From assembly GCA_016839555.1 (NCBI GenBank), contig JAEOUA010000012.1:317756-381755 (forward strand): a DNA stretch of 64,000 bases, in the 5' to 3' direction. The translations under genes and the position numbers were made by a program. Under the pieces are notes generated by a model. The model was not told the origin of the DNA. It was given only the letters and a program-made list of their open reading frames with translations, and did no database searches. Positions 29,597 to 40,300 of this stretch are shown here, in pieces (position 1 is the first letter of the stretch; every line of letters begins with the position of its first letter). Source of the DNA: Promethearchaeota archaeon. Its GTDB lineage: Archaea > Asgardarchaeota > Lokiarchaeia > Sigyniarchaeales > SOKP01.

Positions 29597-31219
29597 TTAT
29601 TTCAAGGAATCAAGCATTAACCGTTCAAACTGTTCAGGTGGACAGCCTTCTTTTTCCATAATTTCTTTCATTTTTTTCATCATAATTTTCTCTAACTCTT
29701 CTGCCTCTGGCAAACCCGCAAGATTATTCTGAAAATTTGGATCTTTTACTCGATCAAATAAGTAATTCCGTAGAAGCTCCTTTTTAGAACCTTTTCCCGC
29801 GAAGTAAAATGGTGGTAATGGAATTTTCCATTGAGGTATATTTACTCCTGGAATAAATCGTCCCGATTCTACTTTATTCATCATATCTCCTAACATCTCC
29901 TCAAGTATATCATATTCAAGATTTATTCCATAACGTTCCGTAAACCCGCTAATGATTGAGGGAGACATAACCATAGGAAAGGTTGATGAATAAACACATA
30001 ATTGTTTCTTTGGATTATAACCTTTAATATATGTAGTATCCCAAGTAGTTAAGTTCACTCCATCACCAAAACTTCCGTAAAGAATATGATCTCGTATTTT
30101 TGTTGTTTCACCTTTAAGCACTGGTAATAAAGATTTACCGTGTGGCGAAATTTTTTCATCGATCTCCGCGCCTAAAGCTTCCAATATTGTTGCTCGAATA
30201 TCAACAATCGTCGAAAAAGTCGATTCTATTCGTTTACCTCCTTCAATTTCAGGATGGTAAATAATTAAGGGAATATTAGCTACATCTTCGAAAATTGGAT
30301 GTTCCTTCCCGTATTGCTTAATTTTATTATCAAGCTTGGCAAGTGCGTGTCCATGATCTGTCGTAAAAATGATCATAGTGTTTTCCCACAGATTATATTG
30401 ATCCATTTTTTCCCATATTTTCCCTAACCACCTATCCACCATTGTTACCTTTCCGCAATACTGGTTTCTGATAAATTCTAATTCTTCGTCTGAAGCTTGA
30501 TTAAAAAAGGATTTCATAATTCGACCATTTTGATAAGGTGGCCAACATGTAAACTCATCATTATATGAACCATACATAGATCTATAAGGTTCAGGGATGT
30601 AGAATGGCTCATGAGGATCAAAACTTTCCACATGGAGGAAAAACTTTTCATGAGAATGGTTTTTATCCAACCAATCGGCAGCAGCTTGCATGAGTTTCGG
30701 GCTATGCCAGTCTTTTTCTTCCTTGAAATGCTTCACATTTCTATAATATTGGGAAAGTACTTCATTAGGTTGTCTCCATTTTAAATACGATTTAACCCAT
30801 TGGGGAAACTCCTCTGGATCCTCAAGAGGTTCGATAGTTGCGGTGTCATGTTCATGCCCCCGAATGAGGTTTGAGTACATATAATTTTCATGATAACCAT
30901 ATATACCTGTTCTTGGCTCCCAGTAATGATAATGATCTGTAATTAATGCGGTTACTGCTCCAAGCTTTTTTGCCTCTATTGGAAGAAGTCTGTCAAAGGG
31001 TTCTACAGGACCCCAAAACTTCCATAAAAAATCATTTTTTCTACCTGAAAATAATTCACGTCTCGCTGGCACACATGGTGCTGAACAAAGGAAATGGTTT
31101 TCAAAAACTGTACCTTTCTCAGCAAGTTTTTGCATATTTCGAGTTTCTACTACCGTATTTCCATAAGGCTCTATATACATCTTATTTAAGCTATCAAGTA
31201 AGATTAAAATAACATTCAT
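29597..31219 (-). CDS. Sulfatase (Cys-type, formylglycine-dependent family)
   Basis: ILLDSL, CVPARRELFSG (CxPxR), SFDPHEP, YCGKVTMVDRWLG and TTDHG motifs. Confidence 0.9.
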   Translation of the reverse strand: MNVILILLDSLNKMYIEPYGNTVVETRNMQKLAEKGTVFENHFLCSAPCVPARRELFSGRKNDFLWKFWGPVEPFDRLLPIEAKKLGAVTALITDHYHYWEPRTGIYGYHENYMYSNLIRGHEHDTATIEPLEDPEEFPQWVKSYLKWRQPNEVLSQYYRNVKHFKEEKDWHSPKLMQAAADWLDKNHSHEKFFLHVESFDPHEPFYIPEPYRSMYGSYNDEFTCWPPYQNGRIMKSFFNQASDEELEFIRNQYCGKVTMVDRWLGKIWEKMDQYNLWENTMIIFTTDHGHALAKLDNKIKQYGKEHPIFEDVANIPLIIYHPEIEGGKRIESTFSTIVDIRATILEALGAEIDEKISPHGKSLLPVLKGETTKIRDHILYGSFGDGVNLTTWDTTYIKGYNPKKQLCVYSSTFPMVMSPSIISGFTERYGINLEYDILEEMLGDMMNKVESGRFIPGVNIPQWKIPLPPFYFAGKGSKKELLRNYLFDRVKDPNFQNNLAGLPEAEELEKIMMKKMKEIMEKEGCPPEQFERLMLDSLK

Positions 31220-31373
31220 GATATGTCAATTAACCTTATTTATATAAAAATGTTTTCGATAAATTGTAGGTATTAATAATTAACCCAATAGAAAATATCA
31301 ACTGGGATATTTAAGATTTGCCCGAAATTCATTTAAAAATAGAAATAATAAAAAAATAAAAATGATTAATAGC

Positions 31374-32891
31374 TTAACCTAACAAAGAAGGGACTATTCG
31401 CGATAACGCAACTGCCAAACCACTGATAACCGAAACAAGAGAAGATACTTTCTTCAGTCTATCCTTAGTGTTTGCCGTAACGATTATATTTCTAGTTTTT
31501 CCCTCAATAATTTTCCCATCTTCATCTTCAAGGAAAATTTGAATAGTCTGTTCCCCCTTTTGTCGGGGCTCTAAGGTTAGCCATGCTGTATCACCATTTT
31601 CTAACATCGTTGATAGAACTCTTGTAATATCCGTGTCTGCATCAGAAGTTAAAAGAATAGGCTTATCTGGGATTGTAAAGGATCCTCTTCCTTCTACTTT
31701 AAGGTTCAAAAGAATTGTTTTCGGCTCAAATCCCGGAGCTTCTATACGCAATCGATATGTTTTTTCTTCTTGAGAGTTATTATAGAGAAACACCATAATA
31801 TTAGCCTGTCCATTATTAAATACAATTTCTTGAGCGGCAGAATCCATATAGATTGGATCTTTTGAAATTCTACTAATATTATCGGCAAGTTCCAATTGCA
31901 GCCTATCGATGATATTAAAGAATCCGGGATTATATTTCTTAATAAAATCGAATAGTTTGTAAATATCATTCGCGGAAAAATACCAATCTCCTTCCATAAA
32001 AAAACCTTTTTCGATATCAAAATTATCAGAATCGACATTTAAAACCTCCTTAAATTCTTGTTCTAATTGCTTGTTTGTTAATACTTCCTGGTAATGAAGG
32101 TAATATAGGAAGAAAATCTTTTCTAATGCGAAGGTTATTGGTAATTCCTCCTCTTCTTGCTGTTTTATCTTTTTAACAAATGTAGGATTAAGAATTTCAT
32201 TCAATCCATTAATAAATTCATCCCATTTCAGATATGTTACTGGATCCAGATGATTCGCTAGTATTTCGGCAAAAAGATTATCAAGAAAGATTTGATGGGT
32301 GGTAGGTTTGAAAAAGTCTTGAAGTCCATTTACATCATGCATATTTAAGTTTAAACTCCGTATTAAAAAGGCCAATCCTAATCCCACTAGCGCAGTACTC
32401 ATCGCAGCATATCCTAATGTTAAGTTTCCAAGAAAAAGCATGACAAAAAATAAAATAACCGAAATAATACATATTATTGCGATTATTCGAAGCAGTTTCA
32501 CGACTTTTAAAACATTATTTGTCAACATTTTAAAACCGTCTAAGCTATCAATGGGTCTGCCACGTATTCTTTCAAATTTAATTCGAAGTTTAAGAGCTTG
32601 ATTAGTTTTAAATGCCCCAAGTAATAGAATTATAGAATTCAGAAAATAAAATGCGAGAATTAATAAGTAAATAATTGTAAGGGTTTGATAATCTAAAGGT
32701 TGTTGCGCAAAACTGGTTGCTGTTGGAAGCTCTGGAAAGATAAATATTGTGAGAATAGTAATGATTGCAAGGAGTATTGGAAAGATAAATAAAATGAGCC
32801 TTCCAATCGTGGTAATATATTTGGTTAAAAATACTTGTGATTTCTCTACTTTTATTATTTTCTCCAATTTTTCTTTAGAAGAATCATTCAT
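31374..32891 (-). CDS. Hypothetical membrane protein (N-terminal TM helices, soluble C-terminal region)
   Basis: 505-aa ORF with about 4 N-terminal TM segments, a beta-rich C-terminal part and a hydrophobic C-terminus. AGGTG Shine-Dalgarno upstream. Confidence 0.75.
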   Translation of the reverse strand: MNDSSKEKLEKIIKVEKSQVFLTKYITTIGRLILFIFPILLAIITILTIFIFPELPTATSFAQQPLDYQTLTIIYLLILAFYFLNSIILLLGAFKTNQALKLRIKFERIRGRPIDSLDGFKMLTNNVLKVVKLLRIIAIICIISVILFFVMLFLGNLTLGYAAMSTALVGLGLAFLIRSLNLNMHDVNGLQDFFKPTTHQIFLDNLFAEILANHLDPVTYLKWDEFINGLNEILNPTFVKKIKQQEEEELPITFALEKIFFLYYLHYQEVLTNKQLEQEFKEVLNVDSDNFDIEKGFFMEGDWYFSANDIYKLFDFIKKYNPGFFNIIDRLQLELADNISRISKDPIYMDSAAQEIVFNNGQANIMVFLYNNSQEEKTYRLRIEAPGFEPKTILLNLKVEGRGSFTIPDKPILLTSDADTDITRVLSTMLENGDTAWLTLEPRQKGEQTIQIFLEDEDGKIIEGKTRNIIVTANTKDRLKKVSSLVSVISGLAVALSRIVPSLLG

Positions 32892-33556
32892 CTATGAAAT
32901 TACACCTTTAATAATTAAATAAGATTATGTTTAGATCTAATTAAGTTACTGAAAAAAATAAAGATTATCAGTTCAAAAAAATCCGATCTAAACTATGTTT
33001 TTTACCCTTTTAGGAAAGAGAAGAAGAACTTTTTGTATCACTTTATAAGAAATTTTTTTAAATTTAGACTTTTTTAGAGCTTATTATTTAATAATATTGA
33101 TTAATAATCTCCTTTTTTCTAAACTATCAGAAATTATTTCTATTGATCTTGATAATTATTTCTGTATGAATGCATAATTTCTAACATTTTTCTTATATTA
33201 TTTTGGTCGTGTGGATCGGGAATCAATCGAAAGATCTTGTTATAATTCCCTTTCCATTACCAAGAAATCCATTTTAATTACCTTTTTGTTCAATATACAT
33301 TGAAAAAAATTCCAATATTTGTAAAATACAAGCCTTCAAATGAGCGTTTTTCGTAATCTGAAATTCAGCAATTTTTTTCATCATAAGAAAGACGAAAAAA
33401 ATCATTTTTACGAAATATTAACTGATTTATGTGATTCGGATGAGAAAATAACCCCAAAACATTTATAAAGGAAAATATCCCTATTTTAAAATAGTAGATA
33501 AAAATAAAAAATAATAAAAAAATAAAAAAAAAAATAAAAAAAGGAGGAAAAAAATA

Positions 33557-33913
33557 ATGTTTGAAAAAATGGATGAACAAAAAAGTATACAAAAAGAAAA
33601 AGAAGTCTTAATATCTGATCAACAAAGAAAGCAAATTTATGAATTGGCGAACAATGTCGGTATTAGAACTATTGATGAAATATGCCCTGTTTTATTTGAT
33701 TGCGTATTAGATTCTGCTCAAGGACGATTGAAAAATGAATTAGGTAAAATGATTTTTCACCTTCAAAAAAATGAGAGATTAAATACGCGCATTGGGCTTG
33801 AAAGATTGATTGATGCTGCATTACAAGTTAATCCTGAAAAAATGTTTCGAATTCTTGAATCTGCTGGTGGAGAAAGCAAAGAACTCGCAGATAATATAAG
33901 AAGTGTTCTCTAA
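33557..33913 (+). CDS. Hypothetical protein
   Basis: 118-aa ORF with an AGGAGG Shine-Dalgarno and protein-like composition. Confidence 0.75.
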   Translation: MFEKMDEQKSIQKEKEVLISDQQRKQIYELANNVGIRTIDEICPVLFDCVLDSAQGRLKNELGKMIFHLQKNERLNTRIGLERLIDAALQVNPEKMFRILESAGGESKELADNIRSVL

Positions 33914-34057
33914 TTGTAAAAATTTTTTTTGATTTTTTCTTTTTAAACGTGTTATTTTTTAAATTTTTAAGTTAAATTTTATAATATGCAATTCTTACTT
34001 TTAAATAACAGACTTATTTATTAAGAATAATTCTAATTTCTTATTTGAGATTATTAC

Positions 34058-34351
34058 ATGAGTCAAAAAAACGGTAATGATAAAGATAATCGTGCTTGGG
34101 AAGCTTATCAAAAAATTAAAAGCGCCCTTGATGGGTTATATGAAATATTAAGTCTCAGTTTCGAAGAAGATAATCTCTTTTATCAGTGTGGAATAGATAA
34201 TCTCGAAAGATTAAAGGAAACTATCGTAGATATCCTCTCTCATGATTATGACAGCAAAGAGATACAATATAAACTGCGAGACTTAGAATATATTACTAAA
34301 AAATGTCTTTTTTTTGAAGAAGAGAAAGAAAAAAGCAAAAAAAACAAATAA
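34058..34351 (+). CDS. Hypothetical helical protein
   Basis: 97-aa ORF with amphipathic helices. Confidence 0.7.
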   Translation: MSQKNGNDKDNRAWEAYQKIKSALDGLYEILSLSFEEDNLFYQCGIDNLERLKETIVDILSHDYDSKEIQYKLRDLEYITKKCLFFEEEKEKSKKNK

Positions 34352-34448
34352 AATGGTTTTTTTCCTATAATATTGATTTTTGTAAATAACACCTCATTAG
34401 AAATTAATTATTATTATCTATTTACAGGACTGTTAGGAAGAATATACT

Positions 34449-35483
34449 GTGAAAGAACTCAAATTCACCTCGGAAATCAAAACTATTGATAATGTACACC
34501 AAATAAAAATCGATGTTCCTTTTGATGTTAAATTTGTATGTGTATATTTGTACAAAATAAAGGAGGATTTTATATTATTTGATGCGGGGTTAGGTATTGG
34601 AAATTGGCCAAAAATATTTTTCTCTTCCCTTAAAAAATTAAATATTTCTTCAAAACAAATTCAGTATTGTTTTATCTCCCACTCTCATCTTGACCATATT
34701 GGGCTAATCGGGAAATTAAAACGCAAAAACCCCCATATTAAAATTTTAATGCATGATATTACTCACCAAAATCTGAAATGGGAAAATGACCCTGAAAATT
34801 CCGAAAAGCTTGAAAAAGAAACAGAAAAAACAATAAAAAAGATGGGACAATATGGGATTACTAAAAAGCAAAGAGATATTATTACTCAATATTTTTTAAA
34901 ATGGCCTCGATTGAAAAGATATTATGAACCGGATGTAATTTTGCTTGATGATGATGAAATTAAAATCCACGACACAAAATTTAGGGTTATATGGACACCC
35001 GGCCATAGTATGGGGCATATTTGTTTATTTGATACAAAAAAGAAATATTTGTTCTCAGGAGATCACATTCTCTCTCGCATAACACCTCATATTGGATTAT
35101 TTATAGTGAATAAAAACATAAAGGAAAAATATCAACAATATAATTTTAACAATATTTTAGAATTATATTTAAAGTCTTTGGAGAGAATTCGCAATTTAAA
35201 TCCCAAAATTATTTTTCCTGCCCACCAAGAAATCATTCGAGACCCACTAAAAAGAATTAGAGCTATTCAAGCACATCATAAGCAGAGATTGCACGAAATA
35301 AAAAGTCTAATTAAAAGTAATCCTATGTCCCCCTATGAAATATCGAAAATCCATTTTGGAGATTTAGATGAGATTAACTCGTTTTTAGCGCTCAGTGAAG
35401 TGCTTGCCCATTTAAGGTTTTTACAAGATAAAGGAGAAGTAAAAACCGAAACTCACAATAAAGTAATTCGATTTTACTCCTAA
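34449..35483 (+). CDS. Metallo-beta-lactamase fold hydrolase with C-terminal winged helix
   Basis: SHSHLDHIG (HxHxDH), TPGHSMGH, FSGDHIL, FPAHQ and EVLAHLRFL motifs. Confidence 0.9.
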   Translation: MKELKFTSEIKTIDNVHQIKIDVPFDVKFVCVYLYKIKEDFILFDAGLGIGNWPKIFFSSLKKLNISSKQIQYCFISHSHLDHIGLIGKLKRKNPHIKILMHDITHQNLKWENDPENSEKLEKETEKTIKKMGQYGITKKQRDIITQYFLKWPRLKRYYEPDVILLDDDEIKIHDTKFRVIWTPGHSMGHICLFDTKKKYLFSGDHILSRITPHIGLFIVNKNIKEKYQQYNFNNILELYLKSLERIRNLNPKIIFPAHQEIIRDPLKRIRAIQAHHKQRLHEIKSLIKSNPMSPYEISKIHFGDLDEINSFLALSEVLAHLRFLQDKGEVKTETHNKVIRFYS

Positions 35484-35542
35484 TAACTCACTTTTAGATT
35501 ATAAGTAAAAAGCTTAAAATTTTCTCTCCTTTTATATAAATA

Positions 35543-36019
35543 ATGCCAGAATTAGCAGAAGTTGAATATTTTCGGAGGAAAATAGATCCACAGGCATTAG
35601 GAAGAAAAATAATAGATATAAAAATCAAAGATGATTTTATTCTGAAAACTCCCAAAAAAAGATTCAGAGAATTATTACTCCAAAAGAAATTTAAATCCAC
35701 TAAAAGATGGGGCAAAAATCTCTTTATTGAGTTTGATAAGAAATATTTATTACTTCATTTTGCGATGAGTGGTAATGTAAAATTTTACAACACGAATAAG
35801 GATGAACCCAAATATAGTAAAATTATCTTTAATTTTGATGATAATCACTCTCTCTCAATAGTCTCCATAAGAAAATTCGGGCGAGTTAAGATCGTAAATG
35901 ATTATAGGAAGTTTATTAAAAAAGATGGAATTTGTCCTGCTTGTGAAACTAAATTAAAACAGCTTAAAATTTCGAGTCGCACCGCATATTATTGCCCTAA
36001 TTGTCAAAAAAGTGTTTAA
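35543..36019 (+). pseudogene. mutM: Fpg/Nei DNA glycosylase lacking the H2TH domain (in-frame internal deletion)
   Basis: MPELAEVE catalytic N-terminus, RWGK, LHFAMSG and RKFG are joined directly to the C-terminal CPAC...RTAYYCPNCQ zinc finger. No GIGN H2TH motif is present. Confidence 0.7.
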
Positions 36020-36155
36020 ATCTAATAATTTGAAATGTCTTTTTTATTTTTCAAGGAAGATAGTGGAAATCTAAAAAATTAATTTATTTTTTTTCGAAAA
36101 TGATCAAAAATAATAAAAACTATATCGTAACAAAAAATTAGTAGGATTTAGTCAA

Positions 36156-36830
36156 TTAGCTGGTAATAACACTATAAGTTTTATTCTCTCTGTCTACTTT
36201 AATAATACTTTTTATTTCGAGTTCATTTAGAAAGTCTCTTATTTCTTGTTTATTCTTATTCAATTTCTGGGCAAGAGCCCTTATATCATTTTCATAATCT
36301 TTTAGAAGATCTAAAAGAGGTTTATAAATCTCATAAATTTCATTAAAAATATATTTTATAGACGTTTTCAAATTTAATCCCGTCCTGCAACTCGTGGCGA
36401 AAACTTTACTTTTGTCTGGTAAATTATTTTGAGCCCTTATGACCTCTGGAGCTCTTGCATTTTCTAGATCTTGCTTATTTGCGAGGAATATTATTGGTAT
36501 TTTTGGTTCTAAGTTTTTCCTAATTTCATTAAATATTTTTATAGCATCTTCATCTTTTTCGGGATGTGCAGCATCAAAAAGAAAGATGCAACCATCTGAC
36601 CCTATAGAAATAATATCCCGAATGGCAGAAAATTGTAATAAACCAGGTGTGCCAAATAAACAAACTCGAAAATTTTTTATGATAAGTGATCCTAAATCGA
36701 TTCCAACCGTATAAAATTTGTTATCACTTCCTTTTGCTTCTACATTTAAAGCATTTTGGTCGATGGCATTGATATAACTGCTTTTCCCGCTATGTACCGG
36801 TCCAACGACTAAAATTTTAATAGTGAGCAC
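36156..36830 (-). CDS. Small GTPase (MglA/Arf-like) with C-terminal wHTH-like extension
   Basis: G1 GPVHSGKS, G2 TVGID, G3 FGTPG, G4 NKQD and G5 TSC motifs, plus about 55 aa of C-terminal extension. Confidence 0.85.
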   Translation of the reverse strand: MLTIKILVVGPVHSGKSSYINAIDQNALNVEAKGSDNKFYTVGIDLGSLIIKNFRVCLFGTPGLLQFSAIRDIISIGSDGCIFLFDAAHPEKDEDAIKIFNEIRKNLEPKIPIIFLANKQDLENARAPEVIRAQNNLPDKSKVFATSCRTGLNLKTSIKYIFNEIYEIYKPLLDLLKDYENDIRALAQKLNKNKQEIRDFLNELEIKSIIKVDRENKTYSVITS

Positions 36831-37307
36831 CTAGTTTTGTGGTATTTAATTTTAATAGTTAAATTTTTAGAAATTAAAATTTTTGAATACTCTAATTAAA
36901 TATTAAAACTTATTTTATAATAATTTATTTTTATTTTTTTATAATCATTCAATATTAATTAAAAACGTTTTTTTTATGTGTTCGATATGTTTTTTTTAAG
37001 TAAAAAATGGTTAAAAAATAATTTTTTCTTATATTATCCCATCTCTTTTCTTTACTTTCTATGATTTATTAAGGAAAATTAAGAAAAAAAACATCCTTTT
37101 TATATTATTTTTTTTAAAAAAATCAAAAAAATGACTGATAGGGGAAAGTTTTAAATATATTTTTAATCCAATTAATACTTACGAACATTAATAAAAATGT
37201 TTTTATAAAGAATTTCACAAAATAATAATAGTTAATATATATTCATTATTGAAAAAACTAAAAAAATTAGGAAATAATAACTAAAAAACGAAAAAATTGA
37301 GATAAAT

Positions 37308-40300
37308 ATGACAGATAATAAGTTGAGTTCTATACTTGTAATTGGCGCGGGAATTTCGGGTATTGAGGCATCATTATCATTAGCAGAACAAGGATATCGT
37401 GTAATTTTAGTAGATAAATATCCCTCCATAGGGGGAAAAATGGCACAGCTTGATAAAACCTTCCCTACCTTAGATTGTTCAATCTGCATTTTAGCACCCA
37501 AAATGGTGGAAACTGCTCGTCATCCAAATATTGAATTACTAACATATTCTGAAGTACAGGAAGTAAATGGGGAGGCAGGAAATTTCAAGGTTAAAATACT
37601 CAAAAAAGCAAAATATGTGGATTGGGATAAATGTACTGGTTGCGGGCAATGTTCGGAAAAATGTCCTATGAAAAAGATTCCGAATGAATTTGAGGAGGGA
37701 ATGGGAACTAGAACCGCAATATACATACCATTTCCACAAGCAGTCCCAAGAAAAGCAACAGTTGATGCCGAACACTGTTTATATCTCACAAAAGGGGCAT
37801 GTCAGTTATGTTTAAAAGAATGTGAGGCAGAGGCAATCAATTTCGAGATGGAAGATGAGATTCTGGAATATAATGTTGGATCGATTATCGTTGCTACAGG
37901 TTATAGCCAAATTAATCCAGAAGTTCTACCACGATACCACTATGGAGAATATCCTAATGTCATTACCGCGATGCAATATGAAAGGCTATTAAGTGCTTCA
38001 GGTCCTACGGAAGGTGAGTTATTACGACCCTCAGATGGTAAACATGCACATAATATCGGATTTGTAGCTTGTGTAGGTTCAAGAAATGAAGATGTATGTC
38101 CATATTGTTCTAAATTTTGTTGTATGTATATGGCAAAGGAGGGAGTAGTAACGAGGGAGCATGCTAGTGATACAAATGTAACCATATTTTTTAATGATAC
38201 AAGAGTTATCGGAAAAAATCAAGAAGAATTCATCGAACGGGCTAAAAATGAATATAAACTTAAATATTATCATGGAATTCCTGGAGACATCAGAGAAGAT
38301 CCCGAAACCCATGATCTTTTAGTGAAGCATGCTAATTTAGATACAGGAGAAGTTGAAACCACTCGCTTTGACTTAGTTGTATTAGCAAATGCAGTAACTC
38401 CAAGTGAGGGGACAGAAGAATTAGCTAAAATTTTAGGAATAGAAACAAATCAATTAGGATTTTATAAGACTAAAGACTCCACTGAAGATTTAGAGTCTAC
38501 AAAAGAAGGGATTTATATAACCGGCTCATGTCAAAGTCCAGACGATATAGCAAATTCCGTTTCGAAAGCAGGTGGAGCAGCTGCACTTGCGGCATTGCAT
38601 GTTCAACCTCTAAGTGAGGAAGAACAACGAATAGAACTGCCTCCACTTAAGGATGTAAGAGTAAATGATAAACCAAGAATTGGGGTATTCATCTGCGAAT
38701 GTGGAATTAATATAGGTGGATATATGGATATTCAAGAACTTGTGGAATATGCTAAAACACTTCCAGACGTTGTGTTTTCAATGCATAACAAATACTCTTG
38801 TTCTAGCCTTACTCAAGATATTATAAAAGAAAAAATTGAAGAATTAAATCTAAATCGCGTCATTGTTGCAGCCTGTACCCCGAGAACGCATGAACCATTA
38901 TTCCAAAAAACCATCAGAGAAGCCGGGCTAAATGAATATCTGTTTAATTTTGTTAGTATAAGAGAATTAGATTCTTGGGTTCATATGAAAGATAGAGAAA
39001 AAGCAACCGATAAAGCAAAGGATTTAATTCGAATGGGTGTTGCACGTACCAGATTTTTAAAACCTGAGTTCAAAATTGAAGGCGATGTTGTTCCAGAAGC
39101 TTTAGTTGTAGGGGGAGGGATCGCTGGTATAACAAGCGCAATGGAAATAGCACAAAAAGGATTTACCGTTCATGTAGTTGAAAAAGATGATAAATTAGGA
39201 GGTCAATTGAACTTAATCTATAAGATCAATTTTGATAGAATAGATTCAAAAGAATATTTGGAGAAAAAATTGAAAGAATATAACTCCTTCAAAAATATTA
39301 AGACCTATCTGAATTCAGAATTAATTGATGTTACTGGTGCGATTGGAGATTTTAATGTGAAAATTAAAGACAATATTAAAGGAAAAACTAAAACGTTAAA
39401 TGTTGGTGTTATCATTGTAGCCACGGGAGCTCATGAATATAAACCTGAAGGCTGGTATCATTATGGTGAAGAGGGAATGAGTGATAAAATTATGACTCAA
39501 TTAGAATTATCAGAAAAACTCAGGAATAATGAATTAAAAGATGGAGAGGATATAGTATTCATTCATTGTGTAGGCTCTAGGCAACTTGACCCAGAAAAAG
39601 GAGTTCCCTATTGTTCACTTATTTGCTGTGGAGAATCAATACGTCATGCGCTATATGTAAAAGAAAATTATCCAAACTCAAATATTTACGTATTATATAG
39701 AGATATAAGAGTAGGAACTGATGAAGAACAGTATTATTGGGAAGCTCGAGAAAATATCAACTACATCAGATTTAATGACTATCCTGAGGTTAATCTTATT
39801 GATGGTAAAATTAATGTGAAAGTTATGGATATTTTAACTCAAACCCATCTTACAATCGATGCAGATAGGCTTGTATTATCAACACCGCTGATTCCTTATG
39901 ATAATAAATATCTTTCCGAATTATTGAAAGTGCCAATCGATCAAAACGGATTTTTCTTAGAAGCTCATATAAAATTACGACCTGTGGATTTTGCGACCGC
40001 CGGTATTTTTCTTGCAGGGACCGCTCATGGTCCTAAAGGAATCGCTGATTCAATTTCTCAAGGTCGAGGTGCAGCTGCTCATGCTCTGATTCCACTGATT
40101 TCTGGTGTTGTTGAAAATGAACCGTTAGTTTCAATAGTAGATCCTGCGCTGTGTATTGCTTGTCAAAAATGTGAAGAAGTTTGTAATTTTGGAGCAATTG
40201 GAGTGCAATTTAATGGTAAAAAACTGGTATCGGAGTCTAACCCTCTCTTATGCATGGGATGCGGGGATTGCGCAGCAGCCTGTCCCGCGGGAGCAATTAC

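Noticed and set aside
33140-33300. Possible small gene in the 32892-33556 gap
   Set aside because: Manual translation of the minus strand gave only short frames with no convincing start or motif.
33365-33592. Phe/Ile-rich 75-aa ORF, and the similar 16923-17165 and 45343-45537 ORFs
   Set aside because: They are translations of poly-A/T intergenic tracts and overlap the starts of real genes.
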